NCBI RefSeq assembly: GCF_038025025.1
Contig: NW_027117351.1
Coordinates: forward strand, 372,001-436,000
DNA: 64,000 bases
Direction: 5' to 3'
DNA from: Phyllosticta citribraziliensis
Taxonomy: Eukaryota
The notes below the pieces were generated by a model. That model did no database searches, was not told where the DNA came from, and saw only the letters and a list, made by a program, of their open reading frames with translations. Below, piece by piece: positions 23,589 to 36,215 of this stretch (position 1 is the first letter of the stretch; each line of letters opens with the position of its first letter). Both the position numbers and the translations under genes were made by a program.

Positions 23589-25151
23589 AGGTGCGAAATC
23601 GGACTCGGGCAAATCGACGCCATCAACACGCACCCGTTGACGCCGGTTCTTAATTCCAACGTCGACCGAACGCTGGACTGGCTCTGGCTGCCGGTGCCAT
23701 ACGAATCGACTCCTACCCTGAGACATCAACTTGTACAGCTTGTTGCAACACGTCGATATCTTCACGCAAACACGATGCACAGCAGGCTGTAGTATCCGTG
23801 GCTGTTGTCGGTCGATGCGTTAATTGCGCCTCTCAAAGCACTGGATCTACATGGATCTCCATGACATCAATGATCGCTCAAAAGCCGTCTGGAGTACGTC
23901 TCTCCAGCTTGTGGTTCCGGGCGGCACGTGGGCTGGCTTGGAGTGGGCGCTGGACGGGTGGTAAAGGCATTGCGAGTGGTTCTGTCAGCAGCACACGAGA
24001 GATGCCACGATGCGTAATCAGCGTCGAAAGCCGAGAGCAGGAGCTTTGACTTGTCGATTCGGCTCTCACGATGCTACGTAACAGATCTCCGCGACATTTG
24101 TGGAGCAGACTGGAGCTCCGCCGGTGGTCAGGCCCGTGCGAGTCGCCGCCGAGGGATGCGCACGTTGAGACGGCAAAGAGTGGTTGGCTGGCCCTGGAAT
24201 CCATTGTTGGGCGCCATGGAATGCTGCGGCAGGCTGCGGCGCGGGGGGAGGGGGGCGAGGCACAATGAGCCAACGCTGGCAGTGGCGACGGTTGTCTGCA
24301 GGGAGTCGTTGTGCCTGCGTGCGGTCGGTCGGTGAGGCGAGGATGGGCCATGCATGAGTTTGATGTTGGTGTGCCTGGCGGGTTCTTGAGCTTGAGGGCG
24401 AAAAACGAGAGAGACATAGGCGACAGTCGTCGGGATTTGCTGCGGCTTGGCTTGGTTTGGTTTGGTTTGTTTCTCTGGTCTGGCCACTGCAGTCGACGGT
24501 GATGACGGATGCCTCTTTCCTTGGTGGTGTGTCGTCATCGGTGGGTGCAGGGAGTGACGGGACTGGACTCCAGGGCAGCTGGAGACTGGCGCACCCGGCC
24601 TCAGGCGAACATCCCCGCCCGGTCCAGGCGACGGCGCCAGGAACCACCGACCACGCAGAGACGACATTCAACGACGAAAAGCAGCCGGCGACGGGCACGA
24701 AGCAGCGTCGACCATGGGCGCGCGTCTCTCCCTCTCGATGCAAGGTGGCAGTCGTGGTGGTGGGTGAGTGAGGAGAGCAGCGGCCGCAGGGATGACAAGG
24801 GCCAGCTCCCCGAAGCAGCCTAGCGCCACGCCCGGGCGCACCTGCGGCGGGCGACAGTACAAATTCTACATAGCAACGCTTGCACAACCTCCCCTTTCGC
24901 TCCTCGTCAAACACCAAACAAGCCAGACCTGTCAACTCCACGACCCAGATCCATCGCCAATCTTCCCCCGGGCACTTAGCTTCCCACCCAACCTCCCTCG
25001 TCAATTTCCCACCACTCCAGGCGGTTCTCCACCACCCAGCTAGCTCCTTCCGACACCAGACTCGACCAGGACACCCCGAGTTCTCAACCACACGCGCCTC
25101 ACGAATCCAGCTCGTGTCAGCACAAGACTTCGATCCTCCCGCGAAAGAAAA

Positions 25152-26454
25152 ATGTCTGCTCCTGTCGATAGCGTCACCGCCCAGATGGCCAACACCGCCC
25201 TTAACGAGCCCACCGGCACTGCCGACGGCGCCAGCGTCGGCGCCGGCGGCGACAAGCCCATCAACGCCTCGGAAAACGAGGCCGTCATCGCCAGCGCCGC
25301 TGAGGGTCGGCGACTCTACATTGGGAACCTCGCGTACGCGACCACCGAGGGAGAGTTGAAGGACTTCTTCAAGGACTACTTGGTGTACGTGGCACCTACC
25401 TACCTTACCTTAGCACCCCGCCAGTCCAGGAGCTTGGACCTTTGACCGCCTGCTAACGCGACGACGCAGCGAGTCCACCTCGATCCCCGTGAACCCGCGC
25501 ACCACCCGCCCCGTTGGCTACGCCTTTGTCGACCTCTCCACTCCCTCCGAGGCCGAGCGCGCCATTACCGAGCTCAACGGCAAGGCCATCCTCGACCGCA
25601 AGGTCTCGATCCAGCTTGCCCGCAAGCCCGAGGCTCACGGCGAGGGCTCCGGCAGTGGTGGTGAGGGTACCAACGGCACCGGCAACCGTCGCCGCTCCTC
25701 CACTCGTGGCCGCGGCCGTGGACGTGGCCGTGGCGGCCGTGCCAGCCGTGGTGGACGTGTAAGTTGTTAATTCTCCACCCGCGAGCTTGTTGCTGACCCG
25801 CGCCGCAGACCCGCAAGGAAGGTGATGCCCAAGACCCGGCTGCGGCTGAACCCGCCGACAGTGCCCCCACAAATGTACCGGGCCAAGTCCTCCCCTTGAC
25901 CGAGACTACGAACGAAGCACTCACGGCTGAAAAGGGAACCGACGGCACGACCAAGCCCGCCAAGCCCGTCGTCCAGAGGGAGCGCAAGCAACGCGGTCCC
26001 CCTGAGGATGGCGTCGCCTCCAAGACCAAGGTCATGGTCGCCAACCTCCCCTACGACCTCAAGGAGGAGAAGGTGAGTACTCTGATAAGTTTTCAACGGA
26101 CCAACTAACATCCACCAGCTCCTCGAGATCTTCCAGGACTACGAGCCGCAATCGGCCAAGATCGCCCTCCGCCCCATCCCCCGCTTCATGGTCAAGAAGC
26201 TCCAGGCCCGCGGCGAGCCTCGCAAGGGCCGCGGCTTTGGTTTCGTCACGCTCGCTACGGAGGAGCTTCAGCAAAAGGCTTGCTCTGAAATGAACGGCAA
26301 GGAAATCGAAGGTCGCGAAATCGCCGTCAAGGTTGCCATCGACAGCCCCGGCAAGGAGGACCAGGCTCCCGACTCGGCTGCTGAGGGTACCTCTGAGGAC
26401 GGTCCTTCCACCGCCGAGGGCTCCGGCAGCGTCCCCGCCCCCACCGCTGCTTGA
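25152..26454 (+). CDS. Two-RRM nucleic-acid-binding protein with central RGG tract (S. pombe Tcg1 / yeast Sbp1-like architecture); exons 25152-25384, 25470-25758, 25809-26072, 26119-26454
   Basis: RRLYIGNL (RNP2) and VGYAFVDL (RNP1); RGRGRGRGRGGR; KVMVANL and RGFGFVTL. Splice sites are canonical. Confidence 0.88.
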
Positions 26455-27992
26455 ACGACTCCAGTAGCACCATCAATGAATGCGTCATGACCCGGCGTGC
26501 TTCACCGCTCCCATTCGCTTTCCCTTTTTGTATCCATCATGATGAGGTCTTTGACGGAATGGGAAAAGTTACGATGTCACTGTCTTTTTGATTCCACAAC
26601 TTCTTTTTCTTTTCTCTTGGAAGGCGACGGAACGGCGGAAGGGAGTTTTCGGTGAGGCGCGGCATGGAACGGCATGAGCAGTCGGCTTTTTTTTACCTTT
26701 CGCTTTTCCTTTTGGCGACACCTGGGACAAACATTTTTTTCTCTCTTGTCAAAAGGGGAAAAAACTGTGGACTGGTGGAACGGAGGGAAGAGGGAGATTT
26801 TGCAAAAAAAGGGTCGGCTCATTGCCCCGCAGGCCGGGAATAATGGCGAATCAACGAATCACAATATCCAAATGACAGAGTAAATCCCCCTGACGAAGAA
26901 GACGACGTCGACGAAGGTGGGCGGAGGGCACTAGGGGGGTTTAAATAAGACGCGAAAGACAGATTACATCCTAATATAATCATGAACGACTAGGCTTTGG
27001 TCTCGTTGCTTTTTGCTGTTGGTTTTGTTGGGGTTTGAATGCGGTGGATGAGGGATGAGGGGTGAGAGAAGAGATGGCTGATGAAGTAGGGTTAAGCCAG
27101 TCTGATACCCATCTTACCGTACCTAGCATCATCAACGGTGGTGTGGAAGCTCGACGTGACGCAGGCAGGCAAGCAGGCCTTCCTTGCCACCAACATACAT
27201 GCCAACATGTACGTCAGTGTAGATAGACCGCCGGTAAGTACGTACGTGCGCGAGCACCTCGCTCGGTACAGTCCACGCATGTTGGTAGGGCAGGGCAGGC
27301 AGTCAACCAACGAACGACAAGACCAAACGACAATGTTCGACCGGTTCGACGACAACCCACGCAGCTAGCTGGTGTGTCTGCGGAGCCGCCGTTTCTTTCC
27401 ACCAGCATGCATGCACGGGCCACGACGTAGTCTGGCGTTGGTTGGCCCTGCTACCACGCGCATTTGCTTGCTTGCTTGCTTGCTTGTCTGCTACATATGT
27501 GTGGCTGAGGAGGAGAATGGTAATGTCGATTTAGTGATTGATTATTTAGTTGCTTTTATAGAATCGCACGCGCTTAGGGTTGGTTGTGGAGAGTGCTTTC
27601 GATCGTACATAGAGATAGAGGAGAAACAATGGGCTACCTCATGGGCTACGGGATAAGAGGGGGAAGAAAAGAGAAGAGAAGAGAGCAGGGAAGGGAAGGA
27701 AAGGAAAGGGAAGAAAAGAGACAGGGAGGACTGATGCTGGTAAGCAGTCAAGCAGGCCCTCCTGACGGGGTGATATATGGAGGGTGGATTGGTGGATTGG
27801 TGGATTGGTGGATTGCACGGTGGTGTGTGGGTGGGATAGGTGGTGTAGAGAAGACTAGACTAGCCAATGCCATTATGGATGCTTTCTCTAGAGCACAATA
27901 ACGACAACGACAACCTCGACGCTCTTCTTCACGCTGAACCAACGCCAGACAGACCCTCACCCACGTTTCCAAAGCGCATCGCCGGCCTTCCA

Positions 27993-29885
27993 CTAAAACG
28001 TCGTCTGCGCCAACCGACTCGCCGCATTCCGCGCATCGACGCGGTCGTCATCCTCCTCGGTCAACCCGGCCATGCCCTTGCCCGAGCCCGCGCGCTTGCG
28101 CAAGCTGTGCAGGACCTCCTCGTCCGACTCGTCTTCGGGGACGGACGTGTTGACGAAGCCGCCGCTGATGCTGCGACTGACGCTGTCCGGGCGGCGGGGC
28201 ACGCCGCTCCAGGCGTCGCCCTTGGGGCCCTGCGACGATGCCAGCGACGAGCGGCGCACCGTGGGATGCGCCTCGCGGCCCAGACGCGACAGGCCGCCCG
28301 ACGCGTCGATGGCGCGGATGTCTGGGCGCACTTGTTCGAGCGTTGCCAGCGTGCGCCGCTCGGCTTCGATCTGTCGGATCACGTAGTCGCGGATAGCGGC
28401 GCGGAAGTCGGTTGCTGTGCGCGCGAACCACTTGCGCCGCTCTTGCACCAGGTGCGTCGTTACGCGCCGGCACTTGTTGTCGAGGTATTCTTCGTGGTTG
28501 CGGGCTTCCTCCAGCGCCGTGATGGCCTCGTCGACTTTGTCGCGGCGGACTGAGGAGGAGGCCTTGAGCCGGTCAGCGGCGGCGAGCTTGCTGCGCGTCG
28601 TTTGCTGCGCTTGGAGCAGCTCGCGAAGGAGAATGTGGCGGTTGGTGAGGGTCTCTTTGACGATGAAGGCGTCATCGCTGTGGTACTTGATGGGGTCCCC
28701 GAGCGTCGTGGCTTCAGCAGTGCCTTGGGCAGCGTGGTAATCGCCAACGGCTTGAATCACTTTGCCCATGCGGCGGTACGCGTTGGACAGACCACCATGG
28801 GTTTCTTGAACATGCATCTGTGCAAGCTTGACTCCGAGATCTGCTTCTGAAAGTCCGAGCCCTGTTCACTGTTAGACCTGTCTTCGGGATTCACAGTCGA
28901 GCCATTTACCTCGTCGGCTCTTTACCACCTTGTCAATCTTTTGACCGGCATCCATGGTCTGCAAGTAAAACAGCTTGACTATGGGCCTGGCTTCCGCAAG
29001 CTCAGGAGTGTCATCCGGGGGCGGCGCGAATTGCTTAATGTACTTTCTCCTCACACCGGTTGCCGGCTGCTTGCGCCTGACGACAGGACTGTAGCCAAAG
29101 TCGCTCTCGACGAAGAGTATCGTCTCATCATCCCGGATCAGCACCTCATTGCCACAGACTATGTTCAACCACTTTTGTATCGAAGCCTTGACTCGCGACT
29201 CATCCTCATCGGTCCCAACACCAGCGGAAGTGACGGCCGGAGGAACGGCGGGCACGAATGCCTCTGGGTTGGCGGAAATGAGATGCTCCTGGTATTTTAC
29301 GAATTCGGAGTGCAGGCGTCGGACGTCGCGGTACTGGGTAGTGCGGAAGCGAGGGAGATTGGTCTGCCATTGGTGTCATTATGCATCCGCATCTACAATC
29401 AGGCGCTTCTGTCTTACGTATACATCAAAGCGCAGAATAGGGTCTTTTCGGCCGGTGCGCTCCAGCCCGGTGACCTTGGCCTGAAGCTTGTACTGCGGGA
29501 TATTCTGCTGGCGCGAGCCCCTCTGACCGTGGTAGCGTTGAGGCTCCTGACGCTGGGGCTGGGATTGGTCCGGCGTTGCTGGCGGTTGTTGATCTACGGG
29601 GTGGGCGTGGTGGTCCTGAGGTTGGCCATGTTCCCCCCACTGCTCTTGCTGATTCTCAGAAACTGGCTGAGTCTCATTGTCGGGTTCGAGACCTTCGGGA
29701 TGTCCTTGGCTGGGCTCGTCCGCAAATGGTCGTTCGGTCACTGCTTGCGATGGGTCCTCGTAAGGCGATTGCGGCGGGAGGGGCTCGGAGGGAATGTCGC
29801 CATGTTCGCCGAGAAGAGGGCGCTGGCCGCGGGGGGATGAGACCCAGGGAGAATTGTCTTCGGCTGAAGCAGAAGAGTAATCCAT
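27993..29885 (-). CDS. VPS17: Retromer sorting nexin Vps17 (PX-BAR); introns 29364-29417, 28862-28909
   Basis: LQAKVTGLERTGRKDPILRFDVYTNLPRFRTTQYRDVRRLHSEF, FVESDFGYSP, DAFIVKETLTNRH, C-terminal DARNAASRLA. Confidence 0.93.
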
Positions 29886-30022
29886 TGTGAGGATGGATGT
29901 GGTTGTGTGGGGGAGAGACGGCGCAGGCCGGACGGATGGTCGATTCGATTGCGGGCGGAGGTTGGAGCTCTCAGGTCAGCTGTGGCCAATGCCGAAATCC
30001 CTGCAACGCCGTCATCCCTGCC

Positions 30023-30203
30023 CAATGTGGGTGTCAAAAGACATGACAACTTCTGTCGTTACGGCTGGCCACAGGCAGTATTCATCTACGACGACGAAAC
30101 ATTTCAGTATCTGAGGAAACTGTCTTGCTCTGCCACAGCTGCATCTTGGGAGCATTTCTCACCACTGTAGACCTCGCGAGTCAATCTTTTGATACCCACT
30201 GTC
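30023..30203 (-). mobile_element. MITE family copy C (reverse orientation) in the VPS17/MEF2 divergent promoter
   Basis: Inverted arms GTGGGTGTCAAAAGACATGAC (30027-30047) and GTCAATCTTTTGATACCCAC (30180-30199). Reverse-complement cores at 30115 and 30148 are 33 apart. Length ~181 bp, like the other copies. Confidence 0.7.
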
Positions 30204-30289
30204 TTGGCGCCACCCGCCATTCCAATCACTCGCCTTCGTCTCCAGCCTACATCTTCTAGACAACCATCGCGGTTCGACTGACCTTGGGC

Positions 30290-33147
30290 ATGTTGCGGCA
30301 GCTCTCGTGGCGAGCACATGGACAGCTGCAAAATGGCGTCGGCTTGCGCATGTTCAGCGCTTCAGCGCGTCGCTATTCATCCCAACCAAGCGCCACGCCT
30401 CTCGCAAAAACGAGGAATATTGGCATAATAGCCCACATTGATGCTGTAAAACAGCTGAACCCATTCTCGTGTATAATTCTGACTCTTTTAGGGCAAAACC
30501 ACCACCACAGAGCGTATGCTCTACTATAGTGGATTTACCCGGCGAATCGGAGGTAAACCCTTTCCTTGTCATCGCTTCTCCTATCTTTTTTTCAATTGTC
30601 AACATCTTCTTAAACTTACAGTTCTCTGACTGGTTGATTCAAGAGGTTGATGAGGGCTCCACGGTCACGGATTTCCTGCCCGCAGAAAGAGCTCGAGGAA
30701 TTACCATCCAATCGGCCGCCATTTCTTTCCATTGGCCACCACTGTTGGCGAACCAGAAACAGGACTCCGCCAATAATGGAACCATCTCTCTTCCGAGGTC
30801 CGCCACATCTCACAACATCAACTTAATCGACACCCCCGGTCACGCCGACTTCACCTTTGAGGTTTTACGATCTCTTCGCATCCTGGATGGCGCTGTTTGT
30901 ATTTTAGATGGCGTCGCCGGTGTTGAAGCACAGACCGAAAAAGTCTGGAAACAAGCAAACCAGTATCATATTCCCAGAATCATCTACGTCAACAAGCTGG
31001 ACCGCGATGGAGCTGCGTTTGAGCGCACAATCAAAGAGATTGGGACGCGATTGCATTCTTGGCCTGCCATTTGCCATATCCCCTGGTGGGAAGATGGAAC
31101 AGCCAAGTTCGTTGGCGTCGGTGATGCTGTACACTTGAGAGGTATGATGTGGGAAGAAGGCGGCGATGGCAGGACGATCAAGGTCCACAGCTTGGAGGAG
31201 CTCGAAACCTCCCACCCCAAGTTTGCCCAAGAAATCAAGACTGCAAGAGAGGCCCTGGTCGAACTCCTCAGCGAGCACGATGACGACATGATCGAGACCT
31301 TTTTCAGTTGCGATGAGGATCACTTGGCCATCCCAGCGGTGGATATCACCGAGTCACTGCGAAGATGCACCCTGAAACATCCGCAAAAGCTCGTACCCGT
31401 CTACGCTGGTGCAAGCTTTCGCAACATTGGTGTTCAGCCCTTGTTGGATGCGGTCGTCGACCTATTGCCTTCTCCAGAGGAACGGCCGGATGCAAGCATC
31501 AAAATGGGTACCCTGAAAGGCACGCTCAGTGAGCTTATTAGTGGCAAGATGGCTCTCGAAGCCGTCACCCCAGAAGCAGACGTCAAAAAGAAGAAGAAAG
31601 TAGCGGCCAAGGCAACTGGTACGGCTGTGTCGAAACTTGGAGCTTGTGCTCTCGCTTTCAAGGTCGTCAATGACAGCAAGCGTGGCATTCTCGTCTACGT
31701 TCGTGTCTACAGTGGCACTCTGACACGCAACACTGTACTTTTCAACACCAATCTAGGGGTATCCGAGCGAGCGCAGCGCTTGCTCAAGATGTACGCCAAT
31801 GATGCTGTAGATGTGGAAGAGATTCCTGCGGGCCAAATCGGTGTTATTCCTGGGCTCAAACTCGCTCGGACTGGAGATACACTCATAGCCTACAACACGG
31901 GAGCTAATCCCAAATATGGCCCACCAGAACCTTTCAACAGCCTGCAATTACGTCCCATCGCGGTGCCGCCTCCGGTCTTCTTTGTAAGCGTCGAGCCCAA
32001 CAGTCTGTCAGAGGAGAAGACTGTTGCCGAACACCTGAGTCTTCTTCTCCGCGAAGATCCCAGTCTCAACGTCAGTCTTGACGCAGAGAGTGGGCAGACT
32101 CAGCTTGCAGGCATGGGCGAGCTCCACTTGGAGATTGCCAGGGACCGTCTCATCAACGACCTCAAGGCCAAGGCGTCGACTGGTCGAATCATGATCGGCT
32201 ACCGCGAAGCCATCGTCAGCGACTCTTCTCCTTGCACTCAACTATTCGACCGTGAGATAGGGGGCAGACGAGCCCGCGCCGGCTGCACGGCGAGCGTCAG
32301 TCCCTTCAATCCATCCACCGCCACGCCATCTTCCGAGCACACAACGTCGATTCCCCTGGACAGCTCCAACGCGTTAACAATCCACCACCCAACGCTATAC
32401 AGCGACGGCGAATCCGTCGACGACGCACCCGCCCTCCCTGAAACGCTCCCCTTTCAAACCATCATTCACGCACTGCAGACGGGGACAGCGGCGGCCCTCG
32501 CCCGCGGACCCCAGCACCGCTTCCCCATGCACTCGACCGCCGTGACGCTCACGCTGGACCCCTCGACGCAGCTCACAAGCGATACAACGCCGGCCGCGCT
32601 TTCAGGCGCCGCGCGCCTCGCCGTCGTCGCCGCGCTCAAGGACGCCGCCACCAAAGCCGACACGGCCCTCATGGAGCCCGTTATGCACGTCACCATCGCC
32701 GTCAACGAATCCGACCTCGGCGTCGTCGTCCACGACATCAGCGCCGCCCGCGGTGGCCACGTCCTCTCACTCGACGCCGCCGACGCCGCCGACACTTCTT
32801 CTGCTTCTTCTCCGTCCACCCCTGACACCGCCGCTCTCGCCGCCGACGACGTCGAAGCCCTCGACCTGCCGCTCATCGACCCGGCGCGCATCTATGCGCC
32901 GCCAGACCCGTTCGGCTCGTCGTCGGCCAGCGCGCGCAACGCGGCCAACGAAGCCGCGCGCATGAGCGGCGACCGCCAGCGGCAGATCACGGCCCGCGTA
33001 CCGCTGCGCGAGATGGTCGGGTACTTGAAGCACCTGCGCAGCCTGACGGGCGGGCGCGGCACGTTTGTCATGGGCGTGGATCGGTTCGAGCGCGTGGCAG
33101 CGCAGAAGGTCAAGGGCATTTTGGCGGATATTAGTGGGGGTTTTTGA
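30290..33147 (+). CDS. MEF2: Mitochondrial ribosome-releasing factor 2 (EF-G2mt); introns 30446-30491, 30553-30643
   Basis: Presequence-like N-terminus, [74 protein letters not shown]. Confidence 0.93.
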
Positions 33148-33940
33148 GGGAAATGTATGTGTGTGTGTGTGTGTGGGTTAGGGGCGGATGGTGGGGAGGA
33201 TACATGGACGGGGGAGATGCTCTCCACTGTAAAAAATAGGCTCTCTCTGAGCAGGAAGCAACATGTGTAGATCCAGGGCTTGGAAACGACACATCCATCA
33301 AACCAACGCGCCAAACGACTGAGTGAGTGAGCACGGGAAGCATTCAAGCTCCCAGGCGGAAAAACCAGCAGCGAGAAACGCAACAGAAGAAAGGGAGACT
33401 GCGAAGTCCGACGAAATATCTCTGAAAGGCGACGACTGCGCGTGCCACCGTGCTTTAAAAAGTTCATTCTACACGACGAGCATCTGCCTGGCTGATCATT
33501 TGTATTTACAATATAGAGAGTTGAGTATCTGCGTAGACAGACTACACTGTCTCGTCTATCTGTGTCTACATACGATACTCAAATCCGTCCATTCTCTTTC
33601 CGTCCGTCCATTTCAGAGGCCGGGGATTTGGTGGGAGAGAGAAAGGGGTAGGGAGAGAGGGGGTCGTGAGGGTAAGGGACGGTACGGTACGGTGTATACA
33701 AGACATTACCAGGATGGAACGAGGGTAGGGTAAGTTAGGGTGAACAAGGGGGAAAGGGGAAAAAGGAAATCGTGAGAACGGGGACCTCTCTTCTTTCTCT
33801 TCTCCTTCTCTGGTAAACGCACTGCGCCAATGCAACACGCTTCAGTAGTCACAAGACGACCCAACGCACCAACATCAAAAACAACAAAAAGGGGTCATAA
33901 AACGCTCAAAGAAAAACGACATCAACGACGGTAGGCAGCG

Positions 33941-36215
33941 CTATACAGCCCACTCCCACACATCAACGCCCAACTTCAACACCGCCACAGCAAAATGCGC
34001 GCCCAGCGTCGGCCGCGCGCGAAAGCTCTCAGCCGTCTCGCCCACGCTGTCGCCCGCCGTCCAATAGCGGTCGCCAAACGGCGCAGTGTTCTTGCCATTA
34101 GCAATCAGGGCGTAAAGATCATTGACAAACAGCGCCTGCGCATCGGCGTCGACGGTCGCGGCGGTCCAAATCTGCCAGTCGGTCTTGCCCCAGTTGACGG
34201 CGCCGTCGATGGCGACGCCGGCGGCGCCGCGCACGCTGGGGTAGAAGGCCGACGTCGCCGTGTACGTGGCGTTGGGGAAGGTGGCCAGGTCGAAGAGCAC
34301 GTCCGGGTACACGTTGAAGACGAGGAACCAGCTGCTGTCGCTGTAGGTTGTTGTGAAGTAGGACTGCCCCGTGCCCGACGACACTTCGCTGCCCAGCCCG
34401 TCGCTGCTCGTCTCGTTGCCGCCCCAGATGGCCTGCGCGAAGCTTTGCCCGACAGACGTGTAGTTGGCCTGAGATGTCAGCTTCCCGTAGGCCGTCAGTC
34501 CGACGGCGGCTTTGACGCCTAGGTTCGTCATGTTGGTGAAGGCGCCGAGCCCGTCGTTTGTACTGAGCTGGTTGGTCGGGTACAGCCCGTTGTCGACGAG
34601 GTAGTCGGCGTACTTCTTGAACAGCGTCGCGTGCGTCGATGCCCATGAAGTGTCGCCCGTGGCTGTTTGGTAGGCGAGCGCCAAGATGAGCAGGTTGCCC
34701 GACTCCTCGATGGGCATGGCTTCGTCGAGCCCGTCATCGTGGCCTGTGGCGTTGGGGTAGTGCGTGCCCAGGTCGTGGATCATGTACGGGTTGGGGTACG
34801 CCCCTGGCAAACGTTAGATAGACCAAACGCGAAGTAGATGTTGGAAAACTCACCAGTCTCGAGATATGCAAGCACGGGGTTGAGCAGCAGCTTGATCAGG
34901 TTGGGAGCAAACTCGTACAGAAAGGGGAAGCTCGGGAAGATGATGTCGATCGTGTTCAAGTTGCCGTTGCTGGAAATCTCCTTGATGAAGGCGTACGGCG
35001 CACTCGTGTCCAGCGTGCTGCCATCAATGGTAACGTCGATGCCGCCAAAGATTTGGCGCACAGACAGCTCGAGAATGGCCGTATAGTTGGAGCCGCCAGA
35101 CGAGTCGCCCACGGTCCGGATCTTGGCATCAAACGAGTCGGCCTCAGAGACGGCGTCGTCGTGGATGTCGAGAAAGTGCGAGGCGGCGCCAACAGTGTTG
35201 GGGTTGGCGGCGCGGTAGTAGCCCGTATAGGGGGTGCCGCGGTAGTTGATGGCGTCCTCCCGAACGTACCCAATGGCGTAGACGGCGCTAGCGGACGAGC
35301 TGACGGTCCCGAGATCAAAAGCAAGACCGACGACGCTGCCGCTCGACCAATCGCTGGTTGCGTTGGTCAGGGCACCGCTGCTGACAAACTGGCTGCGAAC
35401 TGTCGACGCTGGGCCAGACTGGAACGAGTCGGCTCGGGCCGCGTATACGGCCTCTCCCCACCCGGCCATCTGGTCCACTTCGGAGTAGGTGACCTGGTTG
35501 TTGGATCTCACCTGCCAGACGTGCGTGTCGTCGGTCGTGGTTTGGTTGAATGTCGAGGACGCCGACTGGCCCGTCCACGTGTCGTCAATGTCAGAGTAGA
35601 CCTGGACTGACGGGGTCGCCCCATTCCTGCCGCTCGCCGTGACGGTGAGGAAAGAAAAGGGCAGCGACTGGCGGCGCAGATTGTTGGGAGAAACTGGCGA
35701 GAAGAACTCCAGCGAGATGCTGGCATCGCCCGCGGTCAAGTCAAACGTCGACCGTGTCGAAGTGAATGATCCATTGACGACCGTGGCCGACTGGGTGTCG
35801 TCCTCGGGGGACGGAACACCAAACAGGTTGTAGGTAGTCCCATCCACACGGGCAATGACGGACCAGTTGAGGGCATTTGCGTACCAAAACTCGGGCTGGG
35901 CAGAGGGCAGATTGGCAGCTTGGTTGCCAGGAAGCCACGCTGAAGCAACGTTAGCTCGTGTTGACGCGCAGACAAGGTGCGGCTGAGAGCCACACCCGTA
36001 GCTAGTAGCTAGCTGCTGATGTGGGCGGGCATTGGCATGATGAGGTGCGGTGTGGTCCTCACATGCGGCAAACCAAGAGACTCACCTGAAAGGTACGGGT
36101 TCTTGACAGCCAATGGAAAAGACGGAGGCAAGATGGGGCTCCAGGTTGCAGCGCTGGTGCTAGCCACGAACAGCGACAGGACAAAGAGCCATGCCTGGCC
36201 TACTAGAGCTGCCAT
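33941..36215 (-). CDS. gtaA: Secreted glutaminase GtaA-family protein (DUF1793-type); introns 35940-36085, 34804-34853
   Basis: Signal peptide, then PPSFPLAVKNPYLSAWLP, FIKEISSNGN.NTID, HDLGTHYPNATGH, MPIEESGN, KTDWQ, F.ARPT.G.HFA. Confidence 0.88.
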
